Shown one piece after another: positions 28,981 through 32,000 of a DNA stretch of 32,000 bases (within the stretch, counting starts at the first letter, position 1; every line of letters begins with the position of its first letter). Under the pieces are notes generated by a model that saw nothing but the letters and a program-made list of their open reading frames with translations, searched no databases and was not told where the DNA came from. The DNA is from Nitrososphaera viennensis EN76 (GTDB lineage Archaea; Thermoproteota; Nitrososphaeria; Nitrososphaerales; Nitrososphaeraceae). Location: contig NZ_CP007536.1 in assembly GCF_000698785.1 (NCBI RefSeq), positions 330,001 to 362,000 of the forward strand. The letters are read 5' to 3'. Made by a program: the position numbers and the translations under genes.

Positions 28981-30441
28981 TCAGTTGCTGCTGGCCCTGA
29001 TGTCTATCGTCCTTCCCTCCCAGTTATAGTTCAGGGGGGTATACGGGTACGTTTGCGGCTTGCCCGGGTCGTTTTCAAACGTGGCAATGGTGCCACTCTT
29101 TTCGTACGCGTTGCGCAGCTTGTCGTAATCGTCTATGGCCGACATGAAGTGGCCTTCTGCGACAACTACGGTGTGGTCAGTCCTGACCGGGCTGTAAATG
29201 AGGTCGCGATAGTCGGAAAAGCCGTTCTTGTTCCCAAATGCGGATTTTAGGACCCATGCGTAGACAGGGTTTGCGACAAACGTAGTGTCGTCGTCTATCT
29301 TTGTGGCCAGAAACGCCATCGCGCTGTACTGCGCGGACGTGACGTTTGTAGTGACAAGGGCAAGCGTGGATGCAAGACCAAATGCCGCAACGACTGCAAC
29401 AGCCGCCGCAAGGATTTTCGGCCTTGATGATAACACCTTTGCAAAGAGTATCCCTGCGGCTACGCATAATGCTGGCAGGATTGGTATCCAGTAAAAGTAC
29501 TGCATGTAGCCAATGACTGCAAGGAACAGTACAAACGGCACTATCCAGAGCAGCACGAACCTGTCGCGCAGAACAGCGGCAAGCACCGCTCCGGCCGCCC
29601 CGAGGACCAGAAGGACCGGGTCAGTAGAAAACAGTATTTCAGTGATGTACAGCAGCCCGTTGCTTTCACGCTGCGCCTGCCACAGGACGCCCTCTTGCCA
29701 GTAGTCAAACTGCCCAAGCGACATGCTGTACGCCGGCCATATCATCGGTATCAGGACGACGGGCGCAAGCCAGAGCGCAAGGAGCCTTTTGCTCTTTGGC
29801 GTGTACACGAGCGACGCAACAAGGGGCATGAACACAAACACCGGCACCTTGGTAAAGATGGCTATGCCAAGAGCTGCGCCGGAAAGCAGGACGAGGGCTG
29901 TTCTTTTGCTGCTCTTCTCCTCTGCGTTTCTCGAATATAGTGCAAGCAGTATGGAAGACAGGAGGAACGGCAGCAGTATGTTGTCAAGAAGTATGCGCCG
30001 GGTAAGCCACATCGCAGGCATCACTGCAAACAGGATCGACGCAATTATGGCCACCTTTCTGCCATAGCGCACGTCTGCTATCTTGTAAATCAGAAAAGTG
30101 TCCGCAATCGCAAGTAGGCCCATGAGCACCCTTGGCACGGAGTAGAGCGCCTCCATTGATTGCGGGTCTGCAGTAGGGTTGAGGGAAGACGGGTACCCGA
30201 TGCTTCCAAGCACTGCGCCGAGGAATATCTGGCCAAAGTACGGGTGGTCGTAGAACGTGCCGCTGTCTTGCGGGCTCCCGGTGTCCAGCAGGTACATGGC
30301 CCTGCGCATGTATATTCCCTCGTCATAAAATATGTCCGGAAAGCCTGTGACATTTACGAGGTGAACGATGCCAGAAAGCGCAAGCACAGCAAGCAGCATC
30401 TTTTTCCCTCCAAGGGAACGCAATATTGTCGCTTGCTGCAT
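28981..30441 (-). CDS. GT-C fold glycosyltransferase (ArnT/PMT-like, family 39/83-type membrane protein)
   Basis: 486 aa with more than 10 TM helices. The first extracytoplasmic loop FPDIFYDEGIYMRRAMYLLDTGSP carries the DE motif typical of ArnT/PMT-like enzymes. There is a soluble C-terminal domain. Confidence 0.75.
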   Translation of the reverse strand: MQQATILRSLGGKKMLLAVLALSGIVHLVNVTGFPDIFYDEGIYMRRAMYLLDTGSPQDSGTFYDHPYFGQIFLGAVLGSIGYPSSLNPTADPQSMEALYSVPRVLMGLLAIADTFLIYKIADVRYGRKVAIIASILFAVMPAMWLTRRILLDNILLPFLLSSILLALYSRNAEEKSSKRTALVLLSGAALGIAIFTKVPVFVFMPLVASLVYTPKSKRLLALWLAPVVLIPMIWPAYSMSLGQFDYWQEGVLWQAQRESNGLLYITEILFSTDPVLLVLGAAGAVLAAVLRDRFVLLWIVPFVLFLAVIGYMQYFYWIPILPALCVAAGILFAKVLSSRPKILAAAVAVVAAFGLASTLALVTTNVTSAQYSAMAFLATKIDDDTTFVANPVYAWVLKSAFGNKNGFSDYRDLIYSPVRTDHTVVVAEGHFMSAIDDYDKLRNAYEKSGTIATFENDPGKPQTYPYTPLNYNWEGRTIDIRASSN

Positions 30442-30550
30442 GACGGAATTGATGCGTGTGCCACCTATTAGAACTGTATAGAAACTATCTTCATCATATG
30501 TGTGTGAAAGACATTAATTCTCAATCGGTTACGTAATTGCTCATATACAT

Positions 30551-31621
30551 ATGGCACGCACGGCAGTCGTGGCAATAACCAAGCACGGGATCGAGATAGC
30601 CAGAAAGATAAAGAACAGAATGCCGGAGGTGGAAATCTATGTCCCGGCAAAGCACAGCGACGGCGGCACAGACATTACTTGGTTTTCAGAGCAGAGCACG
30701 CAGCTTGTCGCCGGCCTGTTCAAGTCGCATGACGCGCTGGTATGCGTGTTTTCGCTTGGCGCCGTGATCCGCATGGTCGCGCCATATCTTGTGGACAAGA
30801 AAAGCGACCCCGCAGTGATTGTAATAGACGACAGGGCAAACTATGTCATCAGTGCGCTTTCAGGCCATCTTGGCGGCGCAAACGCTCTTGCACGGCTTGT
30901 CGCTTCGTTCTTGGGAGCAAAGCCCGTCATAACAACGGCCGCGGATGTCAACGAAACTATTGCAGTTGACCTTGTGGGCAGGGAATTTGGCTGGACTATA
31001 GAGAATTTTGACAACGTTACGCGTACAAGTGCCTTTATGGTAAACGAAGAAAAGATCGCCGTCTACCAGGATGCCGGCGAGCGCAACTGGTGGCAGGGCC
31101 AGCAGCTTCCAAAAAACGTCACTGTGGTCAATGACATCGACAAAGTCAAGTCGCCTGACTTTAAAGCGGCCCTTGTCATTACAGACAGGGCAATAGTCGA
31201 TCAGGACATCATGGCCAAGTCTGTCGTGTACAGGCCAAAGACGCTTGTAGTCGGGATCGGCCTGCACTGGGACACGAGCAAGGAAACCATAGAGTCTGGA
31301 GTAACTGCAGTCTTTAGGGAAAAGGGCCTGGCACTCAAGAGCATACGCAACATCGCAAGCGTCGACCGCGGGTCAAGGGTCAAGGGCCTCGACGAGTTTG
31401 CAGGCCAGTACGGGATGCCCGTTCAGATATACAAAAAGGAAGAACTTGCCAAGGTAGAGGTGCCAAACCCGTCGCCGGCCGTGCAAAAGTTCGAGGGGAC
31501 GGCAAGCGTGTCGGAGGCTTCGGCCATCCTGGACTCAAAGGGCGAGCTGATAGTGCAAAAGCAAAAGTTCCCGCCAAACCTCACCGTGGCCGTGTGCAGG
31601 GTTGCTGCAGCAGGTCAGTAA
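30551..31621 (+). CDS. cbiG: Cobalt-precorrin-5A hydrolase CbiG
   Basis: The N-terminal domain is AVVAITKHGIEIARKI...ALVCVFSLGAVIRMVAPYL and the middle is VIVIDDRANYVISALSGHLGGANALA. The C-terminal domain is LVVGIGLHWDTSKETIESGV...SIRNIASVDRGSRVKGLDEFAGQYGMPVQIYKKEELA. Confidence 0.85.
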   Translation: MARTAVVAITKHGIEIARKIKNRMPEVEIYVPAKHSDGGTDITWFSEQSTQLVAGLFKSHDALVCVFSLGAVIRMVAPYLVDKKSDPAVIVIDDRANYVISALSGHLGGANALARLVASFLGAKPVITTAADVNETIAVDLVGREFGWTIENFDNVTRTSAFMVNEEKIAVYQDAGERNWWQGQQLPKNVTVVNDIDKVKSPDFKAALVITDRAIVDQDIMAKSVVYRPKTLVVGIGLHWDTSKETIESGVTAVFREKGLALKSIRNIASVDRGSRVKGLDEFAGQYGMPVQIYKKEELAKVEVPNPSPAVQKFEGTASVSEASAILDSKGELIVQKQKFPPNLTVAVCRVAAAGQ

Positions 31622-31656
31622 GAAAGATATTTTATCCCAATGCATGCACACATTTT

Positions 31657-32000
31657 TTGCAGTTGAAGAAGAGGGCGCTTCTTATCGTCGACAGGGGCAG
31701 CAGGGAGCCGGAGGTCCGGCAGGAGATGCAAGAGATATGCACGCTTGCCAAGGGCAAGGCAGGATATGACTTTGCCGATTATTGCTTCCTTGAAGTGCTC
31801 CCGCCGTTCATCGACGAGGGCATAAGAAAGTGCGTTGACGCCGGCGCCGAGGCGATAACCGTGATGCCCTATTTCCTCTACCCCGGCATGAAGCTCAAAG
31901 ACACGGTAAAGCAGAGCGCCAGGATAGGCCGCGACATGAACCTGAATCTTGTCATCACAAGGCCGCTCAGCTACCATCCGATGATGCCCGAGCTTGTGTC
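31657..32000 (+). CDS. cbiX: Sirohydrochlorin cobaltochelatase CbiX (small type), 3' end outside the window
   Basis: My translation from TTG 31657 (or 31663) is (M)QLKKRALLIVDRGSREPEVRQEMQEI...FLEVLPPFIDEGIRKCVDAGAEAITVMPYFLYPGMKLKD...ITRPLSYHPMM, the CbiX pattern. It is not in the ORF track because it runs off the window. The listed minus ORF 31615..31977 is its shadow. Confidence 0.75.
   Translation, partial: MQLKKRALLIVDRGSREPEVRQEMQEICTLAKGKAGYDFADYCFLEVLPPFIDEGIRKCVDAGAEAITVMPYFLYPGMKLKDTVKQSARIGRDMNLNLVITRPLSYHPMMPELV

Noticed and set aside
31615-31977. 120-aa minus-strand ORF at the right end of the window.
   Set aside because: The plus strand in the same interval encodes a clear CbiX pattern (LLIVDRGSREPE...VMPYFLYPG). 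The minus ORF is its shadow.
1-32000. Search for CRISPR arrays, rRNA or tRNA genes, transposases, integrases and terminal inverted repeats that would mark a mobile element or defence island.
   Set aside because: I found no regularly spaced direct repeats, no cloverleaf-compatible sequence with a GTTCRAATC-like T-loop, and no ORF with transposase, integrase or nuclease signatures. The low-GC island therefore lacks visible mobility genes within this window.

Overview
This looks like an archaeal chromosome segment. Supporting signs are TATA-like boxes 20-35 nt upstream of start codons, an Sm protein, a RadB-like recombinase, an MtrA-like protein, cupredoxins and cobalamin genes. The gene content resembles a Nitrososphaera-type ammonia-oxidising thaumarchaeon, but that is inference only because no search was possible. 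The window has two compositionally different parts. LEFT (1 to ~17.9 kb, visibly AT-richer): a dense accessory-looking island of nucleotide-sensing and stress modules. It holds an Hsp20 fragment, 6 universal stress protein (USP) genes (one frameshifted), 5 CBS-domain proteins, a P-II protein, two cupredoxins, an NTF2-like protein and a Zn alcohol dehydrogenase with a relic of a second copy. It also holds an APC permease, a flavodoxin/RDD membrane operon and four small putative DNA-binding proteins (RHH, HTH, wHTH, CBS-C2H2 fusion). The main finding is a recurrent operator-like motif in at least 14 intergenic regions of this island and not seen in the right part. It consists of tandem self-complementary TGCA tetramers at 5-bp spacing, with the identical 15-mer tgcagtgcattgcag at 3232 and 4201. 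It usually lies just upstream of a TATA-like box and often sits between divergent genes. Together with three stop/start-overlapping CBS->USP cassettes, this suggests one undescribed regulon, possibly an energy- or oxygen-limitation stimulon. RIGHT (~18-32 kb, GC-richer): mostly housekeeping genes. These are a SAM methyltransferase, a C2H2/His-rich protein, a PNPOx-like protein, an MtrA-like protein, a dimeric-dUTPase-like protein, GT2-GtrA and GT-C glycosyltransferases, the RadB-like and Sm genes, bacterial-type metK, and an SDR. There is also a cobalamin cluster (cbiD, cbiG, cbiX) interrupted by an Lrp/AsnC-TRASH metal-sensor regulator. A 284-bp AT-rich convergent spacer there carries a long hairpin that may be a small RNA. 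I could not support any rRNA, tRNA, CRISPR array or transposase. All calls rest on reading the translations and sequence by eye, with no database searches.
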